Notes under the pieces: model-generated | Databases searched by the model: none | Told to the model about the DNA's origin: nothing | The model's input: only the letters and a program-made list of their open reading frames with translations | Shown here: in pieces, positions 38,645 to 52,508 of the stretch | Layout: the number at the start of each line of letters is the position of its first letter | Numbering within the stretch: position 1 is the stretch's first letter | Assembly (NCBI RefSeq): GCF_009834535.1 | Contig: NC_045697.1 | Coordinates: 89,282,001 to 89,346,000, forward strand | Reading direction: 5' to 3' | Length of the DNA: 64,000 nucleotides | DNA from: Camelus ferus | Taxonomy: Eukaryota | Made by a program: the position numbers and the translations under genes

Positions 38645-38850
38645 AAGTAGCTGTTATTGAGAATTTACAAAGATCCATGCATTCAGCTAAATCTGGTGCT
38701 AAACCTGGCTTATAGATATCATTGCCTTAATTTAATATGTAAATCAACATTTTAAAAAACTGAGTCCCAGAGAGATTAAGGAATTTTTCCTAATTTACAA
38801 AATCAAAAACTGACAAGGTAACTTTACAAATTCAGGACTCTGGTTTTAAA
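38645..38850 (-). mobile_element. MIR SINE, degraded
   Basis: aaactgagtcccagagagattaaggaattt...aaattcaggactctgg. Confidence 0.6.
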
Positions 38851-39299
38851 ACTTTTTTTTTTTTTTTCTTGTTTTAAATCTTGTGTTCTTAAGCAATCCG
38901 CAGTTCTATATCCTGAACCCATAAAGAGCAGTCTTGGAAAGCTTATTGAAACTACTAATTTCTACTGAATGTGATTAGTAAATGAATAATTTCTTCATAG
39001 TGTTCGCCTATTACCTGCTAACTGAAGAATGAGTTTTAAAAGAGATTAAAAAGAAAACAGACTAAATCTACACCAGTCTGAATATTTTTTCCAGATGGGT
39101 ATATGCAAAGTGAGTAAAATAGAAGTGACTAGAATACATTCATCCAAGATTGAAGTTTATGAATTGATTAAAGATTTATGGTGAATGTTACCCATACTTA
39201 TGTAAATTGATAATTATTACAAATGTTTTCTTCTACTTGATTAGCTTATATATGTGTAATAATTATTTATATTACATAGAATTTATCTTTTTATTCTCA

Positions 39300-39460
39300 C
39301 CCCATTTGTCTTTGAATTCTCATCACAACTCCATGAATAGTCCATTGTGATTCTCATTTTACAGATGTTCCAGAGAGGCCATTTAATTTGACGGACACCG
39401 CACAATGACCAAAAGTAGCACTAGGCAGCAAACTGAACCTCTTGATTCCACTCCCTCTCA
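39300..39460 (-). mobile_element. MIR SINE fragment
   Basis: catcacaactccatgaatag...gattctcattttacagatg...cagagagg. Confidence 0.6.
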
Positions 39461-39994
39461 GCTGGCTGGCCTTGTATCTTTCTAGGTCTAATACATAATG
39501 AGCAGAGTCTAACAATAAATTAATGTGTGTGTTATTTTCACCATTTTTATTTAAAAACGTTTACCCACAAAAATTATACACTTGGAGAGTCGAATTGCTG
39601 CTCCAATAGGTAATTTCAGCATTTCAGTAGGGGTAAAGATAATAACCAAACTTTTTGATTTTGTCCAAAAAAAGCAAATATTTGACTTTAAGATTTCTCA
39701 TACAGTAGCAATTCAGTTTAATTCTGTGTATACACTTGGTAATATTAAGAGATTTTTAGAGTAATAATTATAGACAATGTTACTAATGTAATGCTTATAT
39801 GGAAAATGTTTATTAATATTTATACATATGAAGGAAAGATATTCATATTGATATTTACTTGAGAAAATGTTATGAATCAACCACAAAAATTCAAAAAGTT
39901 TGTCCATACATATCATACACTTACCATAAAGCCCACTTGTCCTTAGACTACAATTCATATTGACCATAGTAAAAAAAACAACTAAATATTTGAT

Positions 39995-40900
39995 TCATGT
40001 ATTTGTTATATAATGACACCTCCATAATTCAGTACTTGAAAGATAGAGGCTAATTTCTCTTTAATATTCAGTCCTTTCAGTATTCAGTGGTATAGTAACT
40101 CTACTCCCAGAGATCATTACAGACATCAGTTTCCTCTGTTTTGCTCCAACATTTCGATATGCTGGAGGCATCATTTTACAAGTGGTCACATTGTATGGCC
40201 ATATCCCTGCCAGGCTCTGTATTCTAAAAGGCAGGGAGGGAAAAGAGCATGACTGAACATGTGCCTGATGTTTAAACATAGATCAAAAAAAACAAAACAA
40301 AACAGCAGATAAGATGTCTGCTCATGTTGCATGGATAAGAAATTAGCTATATGGCTATACCTGTCTGCAAGGGAAGGTACGTGGCTGCCAGCTGTAACTC
40401 TATCACCATGAAACAAAGGGGAAATTGATTTGGGATATACAACTACTAGTCTGCTGTGGTCCTCTTTGGTCACTCAAACCTCTGGGCTCATCCCTCCCAC
40501 AGGTAGACACAGGCACTCCCTCTCCAGGGGAGACAGCTCCATAATACGGCCAGATGCTACTCTAAGATTTGGGATTTGGGGGTGAAGAATTGTACTCCTC
40601 ATTAATTACAGACAAAGTTTCCTATGGCCTAGTGAGTCTCAAAATAAATAAGTTATGTAATTTCTCTCTCCCCAATGTATATATGCACATCTAATAAATA
40701 CAAATCAGCCACAAGAGAGGATAGTCCTATTAAATCTTCCATTCAGAAATGGAAATAATTAGAAACACCAAGCAGTCTCTGGCTTTCAAGAATGATAGAA
40801 TCCTGCTGGGTTAAAATTCCAAAGTAACATCCTTAGCCCCAACAGGGAAGGATTTCCTTAACTTTGGTAAGAACTACCTTCACTGTTTCAGGAAAAACTG
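39995..40900 (-). mobile_element. Old MaLR (MLT1I/J-like LTR ~39995-40460 plus MLT1 internal sequence)
   Basis: atatggctatacctgtctgcaagggaagg...gctgccagct...aaggggaaattgatttggg...caactactagtctgc, followed by MaLR-int-like cctctccaggggagacagctcc and aaatcttccattcagaaatggaaa. Confidence 0.6.
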
Positions 40901-40993
40901 GAAAAATGCCAGTGTGCTATAGCTGTGAAATTAAGGGCAAGGGAAAAGTTAGATAAACATGGAATATGCAGTGTCCAACTATAAAGTAATACT

Positions 40994-41136
40994 GAAGGTA
41001 ACCATATAATTTGTCATCAAACAGGAAGGCATTTGAGAGTGAAAGGTGATGCTAGAAATAACTAATAGCCCTTAATTGATGTACTAGGAGCATAAGCCAG
41101 ATTTTCCTAGGCAAACTGCAATCCATGTTTATTCTG
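40994..41136. mobile_element. MER94-like hAT-Blackjack MITE
   Basis: aggtaaccatataatttgtcatcaaacagg...tttgagagtgaaaggtgatgcta...cctaggcaaactg matches the recalled MER94 consensus. Confidence 0.7.
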
Positions 41137-41901
41137 CTTGAAACTAGACAAAATTGTAGCTATGGGAGCTGTGTTTGTAGTTGGACACCTGGTTCCTTGG
41201 AGGAAGGTGGATTGTGAATGTAGGGAATCCTCAGATATCCAGGCCTCCCTATCATGTAATTCTACTCTTACTACTGCCTTCCATTTCAGCTTTGGTGTTG
41301 AAGACTATATAGGTCAGCCTTCCAGAACACGGAGAAGGGAAGAGAATAGGTCATGGCATAGGGAGGAGTCATGAGGGAAGATATTAAAACAATACTTTGG
41401 CGGCACACTCACATTCATCCGCCATGTACTCCTTTAACAAATGTAGCGGTTATATGACTGCATCCACGTGTTTTTGCGTAGAAAATGAATTCTGTAGTTC
41501 ACAGCAGTTTCCAGTCTCTAAATGGGCCTCTTCATTTATTTTAGGTACCTGCCTACAGGTAACTATATTAGCACCAATAGACATCTGATATTGTGACACC
41601 AATATTAAAGAAACAAGTAAGTCAGAAGAGTGCAGTCAACAGAAAGAAGTAAAGAATGGTTATTAGAGCAAAATCTGGCTGTGTTTATTCAGCACATTCT
41701 AGAAAAAAGAGTCATTTAACCAGAAAACTCACATACTTGGCAAGTATATCCCTAATATAAAGATAAGCACATTAGATCATCTTAGCCTAAAACTGATAAA
41801 TTTTTAAAATTATATAACTCTTTGCCCTGTATGAAATCACTAACCAGCTTAGTTTCTAGAGGGAGGGTTGGCATTAGTCAAATTGATAAAATTGTCTAGT
41901 T

Positions 41902-42217
41902 TAGCACTGTCCAATAGAAATATAATGAGTTTTACATGTGGAATTTTAAATTTCATAGATGACATTGACAAAAAGAAAAAGGAAGGAGGTAAAATTAATT
42001 ATGGTTATATATTTATTCCAATATGTAAACAATTATAGTTATATATTTATTCCAATATGTAAACAGTTAATGGGTTTGGGTTTGTTTTTTTTTTTTTGGC
42101 ATTTTTTGTACTATGTGTCTGAAATCCAATGTGTATTTTTTACTTATTGCAAATCTCAATTTGGACTAGCTACATTTTAAGTTGTATGGTATCAGGCTAC
42201 CATACTGGATAAAGTAG
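41902..42217. mobile_element. MER33 (hAT-Charlie) with 8-bp TSD
   Basis: tagcactgtccaatagaaatataatg...tctcaatttggactagctacattt...ggctaccatactgga; TSD gtctagtt (41894-41901) / gtctagtc (42218-42225). Confidence 0.9.
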
Positions 42218-45200
42218 GTCTAGTCTATACAAACCCTGTCTTTTTTATTATAAATTTTAAACTGTGTGCCTGCAAAATCTTGCACATTTGGTTATTAGTC
42301 TCTCTGAGTTTAATATAACATGAGTCATAGATAATACAGAAATTCTGGGTTCGTGAAGCCAACAACCAGGTCTTAGTACCTAGTAACTCCCTCTATAGAT
42401 CTGTCTGAACTGCCGGCTGATGTCTAAACAGCTTTTTCTCCTCAAAAGCAATTATTATATCTCTTCACCTAGAATATGCAGATTGTCATTGTAAATTTTC
42501 TCTTTGAATATTCTCTGAAATTATATTTGACTATTAGTTTGTTTATTTGAATTATTAATCAAACAGAAAACTGCTATTTTCTCCAAATCCTATGAAAATT
42601 TCCCTGGGCCCTTCTTTCTTTGCCGTGATGTATCTCTAAAAATGTTATGGCTTTGTTCCAGCTGTCTCTTTAACTATCCCAGTTTGTTCTAAAAGTGCCA
42701 GGCAAATGTTTAACTCTCTCCTGCCATTGTTCAGAAGCATAGCTCAGGGCATTGTTTTGCTGCTTTCCTTGTTTAACATTACCATGAAAGAGAAGAGGGT
42801 GCTTCCTCCCCACCAGCCTTCTGCTCTGTGTCTTGAAATACTTTGCATTATGTCACTGATCCTCAACAAGATCCAGCCTGTTTAAATTAAAGTACTATAT
42901 GGTATTATCTACATTCTTCTGGTGAATAGCCTGCATTTTACATGCTGAAACGTCATTCATCTTGCATTATTTACCGCTTATATAAATGGACTCGTTTTCA
43001 AGATGCTGTTGAAACAAAAATAACAGAAAAAAGTTCTATTAGGAAAAGGGGCCCTCTAGCAATTCTTGCTTCACAGTTCATTGCTTCCCACAATCAGTAA
43101 ACTGTGGAGTTTACTAAAAGTAATTTAGCTTAATGGTTTGGTAAAAGGCAGTCCAAATAAGGTGCTATTATGGAATAATGCAAACAGCATTTTTTTTTCC
43201 TGGTCAGTCACTGGAAGAAACTGTGCAGAGATCTTGGAAGGAAACCTGTGGACACTTTTCACAGGCCTTTCTCATATAGGCAGCCTGTTGTCCAGGATGA
43301 GGGAACCAGGTTCAAGGAAAGGCCTTTGCTACATTGTGAGAACTGCCATGTAGTACGGATCACCAGATCTGGGGGTCCAAAAAGCTTCGTAAGTCCCACT
43401 TTGGTGACTCAGTAAGTTGTTAATGATTTTGCAAGTCAACAGATGTATGTATGTAAAATCTGGGCCAAATCTAGACACAAATATAAGCTGAATAAAAAAC
43501 TAAAGTAGTCTAGAAAGCTGTGGAATTCCAGAGGAGACAAAGACTGTAAACAATAGATCATGTAAGCAGGATTTTACTGAACTTGAAGAAATATATTTAT
43601 TTGAAGTAAATCCAGTTTTGTGTACATTTGCTTTTACACTGATGTAAAATGGATAGCTCTCATCTTCATGATTTAAACATGATCAGCTACTTATGGAAAC
43701 AAAGATAAAGCACTTGATATCACCTATGTCATCTAATAATAAAAGTGCCTCAAAGTAGTCCTGTCCTTGTAACACAGAATATAATTGAGTTAAATCAAGT
43801 ATCAGGAATAATATACTCTTATCAAAGGAAATTCAATCATTGGTTTGATGAAAATGTAGACAACATTATATGATTATGCTGACATGTTTCTTTTTTTCTT
43901 TCATAAGCCTGAATCTCTATCGAGTCCATTACCTTTGGCCTGATAATTAAGAGCTTCCAACTGTGGACTGTACTTCCTTCTTCTTTGTCTCTCTAGGCGT
44001 TGCACTGGGCAGCTGTGGGTGGGTCTCTCATTTAATTAGAACTACTGCTTACAGATATGATTGGCTGCAGTGCACTCCATAGTCTTTTCTCTCTTGCACA
44101 CACTCACTCTCTTTCTTTCTTTGACTTTTCCAATTTAAAAAAAAAAAAGGTTTACTCAAGCCATATGTTGGAAACCAACACTAAGCAAAATTCATCTCCC
44201 AAGCTTGAGGGGGATTTGTGCACCCTCAGCTATAGCTGTTTAGAGACACTTACAACCCCAGCCACTTACTTCTAATATTCTTTTTCCAGAGAAGGAAGAG
44301 AAGTCTTCCTTTTCTACTGTCTAGCTTTTCCAAAGGAGACTCTACATAAAAGGGATTGGAGTCTCTAGAGACGAAGTTTCATCAATGTATCATGTATCCA
44401 TCTTTTCTAGGTTTGCACAGGAAATCTCATGGCTAGGAAACAAGTGCTTGTGGACCAGGGTTAAGGTAGGAAAAGTTACCGTCTTATACTGAATTTGAAA
44501 TCACTTTTTTCTAAACTTCTGGACTTTAGCCTCAAGTCTGCCTCACAGTGCCAAACTTTTTTTTTTTTTAACATTTATAATAGTTTTTCTATATAATTCC
44601 TTTCTCTTCAGGCAGATTTTTCCCCCATTTTTTTCCCTTGAAATCCAAATTATGGACAGGGTTCAAATTCTTCGTCTTGATGGCTCATGAAATGTAGCTG
44701 GACAACTTTTAAATGTTAACTAGATTTAGGTGTGATGTTTACTTGCTGGGTCCATACAGAGTTACTCAAAAAGGACATGAGATCTGACTCAGCCAAAACA
44801 TTTTATGACATCAAATTGGTGTAAATGGAATTTAGACACAAGTGCCTATTTTGATGACATTATCTTTAGTAAAGTATGCTTGTCAAAACAAATCTGTATA
44901 TTTTTATCATAATTTAAAGTGCTCAGCTACTTTGTGTGTAAAAAGTTAACTATTTGGCTGAATAAAGAGATATTATAGTTAATAATACACTTCTCATGCC
45001 TCTTCTTAGCAGTGATTAAATTTACCAGATGGTTAGATTTATGGGAGTGAGCATGGATAAGTCACTGAGACAATAAATCCTTTGGTGGAGCGCAGGGTGA
45101 TCCTGACTGCAATTGCTAGGTGAAAGTCTGACTCATTTGAGAACTGAGCTGAAAAATACGCTATCAATGATTTTATGTTAACCAGCATCTCAGATTGAAG

Positions 45201-45899
45201 GACCGTGCCTAAAAAGTACTGATCTTTATAAGCACATGCCCATAACTAGATATACTACTTCGGCCTCAAATATGGTTAGAATCAACACTACGAGAACATA
45301 CACACTGTCACGATTCCCTTAGGTATAATTACCTAGTGCCTACTCTAGCAGAGGTATCGTACTGACCAGCAACAAGCAAGCGGGCTCCTCTTGTAACCAG
45401 CAGAAAGCAGGACGATGCTCTGTCACTACCTTACCTATGAGCAGCTATTTTTTGCTCTTTATGTCCTGACATACTCACCTTTGCCTTTCTTGTTCCTTGA
45501 AATCTGGCTACTTTTCTACATTCTCATTTCCATGACTTCTGTTTATTACAGACAACTGTTAATTACCCAGTGTGCACTTTTTCCTTGTTCCCCTAACTTA
45601 TCATACTGAATGATTTCAATATCCTCTATGTATAAACCACTTAATGCTATTGATTAACCAGTGGTGTAACAACATTAGGCTTCCGATCTTAACTAGTAGT
45701 GTAACAAAACTATCTGGAAAGTTTTATAAAGAAAACAGGATTGGGTCAAACTCAATTGCACATAGTAAAAATAAAAGTAAGTTTTCATCACTCTCATGTG
45801 GCCCAGATTCATTACTAAAGTCATACTTCCTGGAATACTTTATAAATATTATAGGATATATTTGCTTTCATTTTCCTAAAATTGGGGTCATATTTTTTG

Positions 45900-46900
45900 T
45901 TCATTAGGATTTTTCTACCCAGTACATTGTTTTTCCCTTTATATGGATATCACCACATTAGATCGGATTTATTATTTTTTACCTGCATATAATTTACGTA
46001 TAATATATTTAACCTATCTTCTGTTGGTGGAAGATTAAATTGTTCTCAGACTAGGTTACTATAAACAGTGCTACAACAAATATCTTTGCCTATCTTTACA
46101 CAATTGTGTTAATATTTTTCTAGTGTAAACTCCTAGAAGTGGAATTTCTGAGTTTAAGAGCTTATACAAGTTTACGTTGATCAGATCCAGCCAAATTTCC
46201 TGCCAAAGTAGAATGACTGTTTGCACTCTGTCAGCAATATGACAGTGTCTGTTGCTCCCAGCCTTGGCCAAAAATAGGCATCATCACACTTTTTAAACTT
46301 CACTAAACCTACAGGAAATATATACTCTCTAACTGGACTTTTCATTTGTATTTCTTTGCTTTTGAGTAAGGTTGAGAATTTCTTTCTCTGTTTATCTGCA
46401 TTTTTATGTACTTTTATGTACTGTCCATATCTTTTGATAATTGGACTATTGAATTTGTAGCCTTTCTTCTTACTGATTTGTAAAACATTACATAACCACA
46501 TTAGTGATTTGTCATGTCTTGCCAATTTCACTTCTCAAAAACTGAATGAATCATTTAACATTCTATGCATATTTTTGTTTAAAGTGGTAACTCTTCGGAC
46601 CTTTCCTATGGCTTCTGTGTTCTGTGCCATACAGGAAAATTCTTAACTTTTCAATAATTCTTTATGGTTTCTTCTGGGCCTTTTATTTTTTGCCAAATGT
46701 TTATTATGTACTTTATCCATTTAGGTTTTATTTTGGCTTAACAGATTAAGTTTTTTTTTAAGCATCTTACTATGAAAATTTTCAAACATATAGAAAATAC
46801 TTAAGAAATTTATAGCAATATACCCATCACTAGGGTTCTACAATTACATTTTAACTATTTTAGTTTCATCACATCTTTCTATCATTTTTGAGACAGATAT
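45900..46900 (-). mobile_element. Old L1 (L1ME/L1MC-type) fragments
   Basis: actataaacagtgctacaacaaatatc...ctcctagaagtggaatttctgag (ORF2 end, reverse). A second 3' end at ~46750: ttactatgaaaattttcaaacatatagaaa. Confidence 0.75.
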
Positions 46901-48330
46901 TTAACATTAACTTGTAAAAATATAGTATTACAGGTATTGTTTCTAATTTTGCCATCTTCTTATAATTTCCATTTGATATTTTATCATTGTTTTCTACCTT
47001 TTGCGGGAAACTATTTGTTATGTAAATATCTGGCTTTAGAAGGTATACATACATAGAAGTATACATACTCTTCAAAACTCTCAATAATACTCTTAAAACT
47101 TGTGTGTATCCCAATGTACCAATTTTAGCTAATTAAAAAATAACTCTTCACTATGAAAAAGGAGAAAATTTGAAAACCTATATCTCAACCTACCTTTGTT
47201 TGTCATTTTTATTCCAAATTTAACTTATGTAGTTTTGCAACATTTTCAATTTTTAAAAATAATTCCCTCTATTGTTTAGTCTTTAATTAATGGTAGTGAG
47301 TGCTCCCTACCTTTAAAAAAATAGTTTACTTCTTCATTTTGATTTTTTTTCCATTGGCTGAATATTCTTGCCTAATACTTTGTCTAACTGTTTTAATAGT
47401 TTTTCCAAGACTAATTTATTGGGTTATGGTCTATGAGTTCTTACATGTTTGAGAACCTAAACACGTATCAAATTTCTTCATCCCAAAACTTTACAGAAAT
47501 ACTCCTGTTAGCGAACAGTGCTCTGGAAGTCTGAAGTCCTTATTTCTCTCTCTTGTAGATGCCTTTATATCTTGAATTAAGAATTTGTTGTCGTCATTGT
47601 GTTGAAGTTCATAACACTTATCAAAATACAAATGTGTGAGGATTTTTTATTAATGATCTTGCCCCCCAGTACAAATTGTACATTCTCACTTACAAATTCT
47701 ATTTGTTATTTAAGAAAGTCTTTCTATAACTTAGCTTTTTCTTTAACTCAGTTGTCTTATCTAGAAATGCAGTTATAAAGACTAGATCTTTTTAAACTTT
47801 TGTACCTATCATCTTTGTGCTTTTATTTCTTAATTCTTTTCAGCTTCATTTAATATGGCTTCTCTTACCCATGCCCTGACTCAATTTTCAATAGAACCTA
47901 TCTTTTCCCTCTAATGCAAGCATTACTTTGAAATGATTTAATTCTACTACAGATTTTCTCCAAGCTCTGTTCACTCCTTTTTTAATCCCTTTTGGTGGGG
48001 ATAATTATCTCTCCTTTCATTAATCATGTCTCATTTTTTTGAGCTCCTCTAAAATAATTCATATACTGCTTACTTTGAGATTATGAAGAAGTATTTTTCT
48101 CTGATAGTTTCCAAGGGCAATTCTTCTAATTGAAATTCTTCGTTGTATTTTGTTATGCTTTGTCTTGTCTCTGTCTTTTTTTTTTTTTTTTTTTCATTTT
48201 AATGTTTCAGGAACACTATGTGGGTTGCTTTTTTTTTTTTTCCAGTTTTATTTAGTTCTCTTCTCAAAATTGAGATCATTTTAATGGAGCCAACTGATGC
48301 TGAAGAGCAGAGTGGGAGTACACTGGGCAG
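46900..48330 (-). mobile_element. HAL1 / ancient L1 ORF1-like region
   Basis: Strongly T-rich plus strand with atgagttcttacatgtttgagaa and ggaagtctgaagtcc, typical of reverse HAL1/L1 ORF1. Confidence 0.5.
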
Positions 48331-51300
48331 ATGGAGATTTGGGCAGCAGTTTGCACTTTTATCATCCCATGTTCACCTGCCACACTTTGTCATCCTTGAA
48401 AGTTGAACTCACATTTAGATGGGGCATGATTTGAAAGCAGAGGTCATTCATATTTATCTTATTGTATTCTCAAATTTTAAACCAGTCTCATTAATTGTGC
48501 ATTAAATAAATTGGTCACATTGATAACCTAGCTCTGAACTCACTAAATCTTTGATTCCCAGCTAGCAATTTCACCTTTTGGCACATTCCTGGCTTTCCTT
48601 GAAACCTGGCTCCTCATAAATCTAACTGGACACATTTTTATCATTATCTCATTTTGACCATGCCAATTAGAAACTCACGATAATTATAAATGTCCCTAAG
48701 TAAACATGGATACAACAAATTAGGGTGTAGTATAATCAATATAAGAAAAAAGTCTTAATATGCCATAAATATACCGATATGTTACCAATAATTATCTCTA
48801 AATTGAGAGATTAAAGATACTTTTTAATTCTAACAATTAAATTTTATGATTTTTCTCCATACAGGTTTATTATTTTATTATCAAAAATAAACCACATCTA
48901 TTTTAAAAATACTTTTCTGTGAATTGAGTTCTCCTCTCCTTTTTTTAATTGCCTGAAAATTATTTCATATGAATTTCTATTATTAGAGACATGGGAATTA
49001 GTAGACAAGAATTTCAAACTTTTCAAATGTTATTGGTATAAACTTTATTTAATTTATATTTTCTCAGTCATCCTTGGTCAGTTTTGTTGCTTCTTTTAAG
49101 AATTTTTCAGTTTTTTTTTCCTTAATCTTTCTAGGTAAGTCTACTAATACTATATACATTGTAGTTGAGAATAAATGCTGCTTTCTAGTGAGGTCTAGTA
49201 TTCATTGTATGAGAGTGTTTTGAAAATAACACATTCAAGATTATGGTGTTTGTATTTAAATCATTCAAAATAAATCCTAAAAACAAGTTAAATATCTTAT
49301 TTTGTTAAAAGATGTGGTTAATTTGTACATTTATATAACTAAAGTCTAACAAGTCTCAGTTAATACTTTGGAAACATTAAATGCAGAGTCCTGGCCAGTT
49401 TTCTCTGTGGATTGTATGATATCCTGCTCTGATACTTCATGCGGTGGGTAAGATCATAAAATAAAGTTTTTGCACATGGACCATATTAAAAGTTATTTCA
49501 GGGGGAGGAGTTTGGCTACTTAGTCTCTAATTAGAATTTTTCAAACTTTAGCAGAAAATAAAAGTTCATAAATTCAGGGTCTTTGACATTTTGTAATATT
49601 TGCACATGGAAATGATCATATGAAGAACTACACCACCCAAGCAGCAGCTGCAAAAAAATAATGTTTTCAAAGAAAGTTTGGAATTAAAATGAAAATGTGA
49701 GGCAAAATCAAATAGTAAAACTTAACATAGCACCAAAACAGAAGATATATAGATTTTTCATGTATTTTTAGAGTAAACATTGAAATTAAAGATCTAAAAA
49801 AGTTTTGTATAATGAACTTCCCTGGACTGTTTACTACAGTGTTTCTAGATTTGTGTATAAACACATCAAGTCCAAAAGGGCTCTGTGTAAAGTTAGGATT
49901 TACTTGCAACACGGATTCTGGCTCTTCCCCAAAGCACTTATAGCTTGTAGTACCCTAAACTCTTTGTTTTCTTTCATCATTTTTAACCAATCTACCTATC
50001 TGTAGACAGTGATTTAAATAAAAAATGATCTACGGCATTTAGTCTTATCCATTATTGTGGATTTTCTATCCCTTTTTTATTTCAAATTCCTTTTATTGTG
50101 CTTAAAGTGATCCTTTCTAAGGGCTGTCTCTACATTCCACATTCCTCTATCATGTACGAGTAGTCTACACGTATCCTATAAAATGAGTTACTAAACTGAA
50201 ACACTATTGGGAGTCTCCTGACAACTGAGAATATACTGCCTTAACTCTCGTAAGCAATATATTGATAAGATATTATTATCACTTTCAAAATTATTTTGAA
50301 AAATATTGTTAACAAATATTCATCAGCTATTGGTTATGTGCCGTATCCCCAGGTAACATTTATTTAACCAGGAAAGTTTGGTCCATTTCAGAATTCAGAG
50401 TAATTTCTCTCCTCCTTGGGGCTTCTGTAAGCCTTAAGATAAAAAGAAATGACCCACACTTATGTGTATACCAATCCTCCTTCTCACTACTGTTACAGTG
50501 AATGTGGTTCTGTATCTTTAAAATGCATGCTTCCAATTTAATTGTCCAGTTATATAAAGGTACAGTGTGAATGCAATGGATATGACTATACATTCTAAGA
50601 TAAATGAGCAAACATTTATTGTTTTATACATTGAACTTTTTATGAAAATGTTTTGAATAAAGGAAAAACTGATAATAATATTTGAAAAATACTAATTTTG
50701 ACCCAACCACAATTTTTAATTGGCAAATAGCTCATTTTCATGTATAAGGGTCCATATAATGTTTTAAAACATTTTAAAATGAAGTATTTATTCCAATAAT
50801 TTTACATGATGATGGAGACAAGAATGATTAATTATTTTTTCTTAAATAAATTTTAGTTTCATCATTTTTCATGCTTACAGTCCTAAAGAGAAGATGATTC
50901 ATAAACCTGAATTAGTAACCAACAATTTGTTCCTCTTGGGTTTTCATGACTATTTGCTAAAAAGATAATTATACAGACGGTCATTTAGAAAAAAATTTTC
51001 CAATAACATTTTTTCTGTGCTTTTATTTTCATCTAATTTGCCAAAGTTAATCTATTGTTGTTCTTCTTAGAATTCTAATAGCACATTTCATTTCTGAGAT
51101 TATCATTAGCATGTAAAGGAAATGATGATTAGAATATGTCTGTTTCTATTAGAAATCATCAAGCCCCTCATATCCACACATATTCCAGATATAGAAAAAT
51201 TTTAAAAGAGAAAGCAAGAAATATGTATGAATATATTTGTACTCTGTAAAAATGCAGGTGTTATTTGTTGCCAAATCTTACATCACTGGATGTGGTTATA

Positions 51301-51961
51301 AGGTACCCAGAATCATGTTATGATTCCTGCATTCTCAGACAGTTAGATATGCTTTAAACAACTTCGAAATTTTTCAGACTATTAGAAGCAAGGATAACTA
51401 TTGTTTCATGTTTATGTTTTATATTCCAGAGTAAAATACATTCAAATAAATATTCTTTATGATTTTTTAGTAATTTTTAAAGTCAGCAGGATATATTTAC
51501 AGTCATGAAGTGATTCACAAGTTGTAATTTTCCCTCACCTTTTCTAACCTTATAGACAGCTTTTAAATCAGTCATGCTTTATAAAACATTGCAATCTTTA
51601 GAGGAACGTGTTTGACAACAAAGCTAAATTCTCTAAAAGATTATCTTCACCTAAGGAGAACCTTAACAACTTAAAGGTACATTAAAATAAATGAGTATGT
51701 TGTTTCATCACATCTGAATTTTATTTTATCTGAATTAAGTAAGAAAAAGTTATCTGTTGAATATGAAGTACATGGTGATTGGCTACTAGATTGTCAGAAA
51801 ATGATTCTGATTTTACATATAGCCAAAAATTTTTAAATTTTAATAATTCCTCTAAAAATTCACAGGAGTAGAAATTTTATAATACCCTTTGAGTAAGTTT
51901 TAATTTTTATTTTTACCTAGGGAAGTGATTCATCAATGTATCAACAAATCGATAGATCTAA

Positions 51962-51985
51962 TGTGTGTGTGTGTGTGTGTGTGTG
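51962..51985 (+). repeat. (TG)n microsatellite
   Basis: tgtgtgtgtgtgtgtgtgtgtgtg seen directly. Confidence 0.9.
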
Positions 51986-52508
51986 CACGCACCTGCATGA
52001 ATGTTCCCATAAATGCCATGGAAAAGAAGAAGATAAATTATAAGATGTATTTCTGATCAGATTGCAATCAGATCATTCTTTTGGAAATTTTCATGTAGGT
52101 ATGTACTATGTTAAAGTATTTTGAGATATTTTAATTGTAGTGGATAAATTATCAGTGTAACATAGCAGAAATATTACTGAATTTGATATCATAATACATA
52201 GACTCTAGTCCTAACTATCACATATTCACTTACTGTGTTCTTTGACTTTATTTGGTCCTTCAGTCTAAAATAATAATTTTTAACAAACTGTCATCATGTT
52301 TAGCACACTGTTTTACATGGAACCAATTCTCTAGTAAGTACAAATGAATTAGAAGTGCTGTATTTAGATGGTTGGAGGATTATGTGTCTGCCACAATCGT
52401 ACAAATAACAAAGAAAAAATACTTCAAAATATTTCTTGTAAGAATTCTTGACCATTATGGTGAAACTTTGTTTTTTTTTTAACTTTCCTCAGATTGGTTG
52501 ATGATCAT

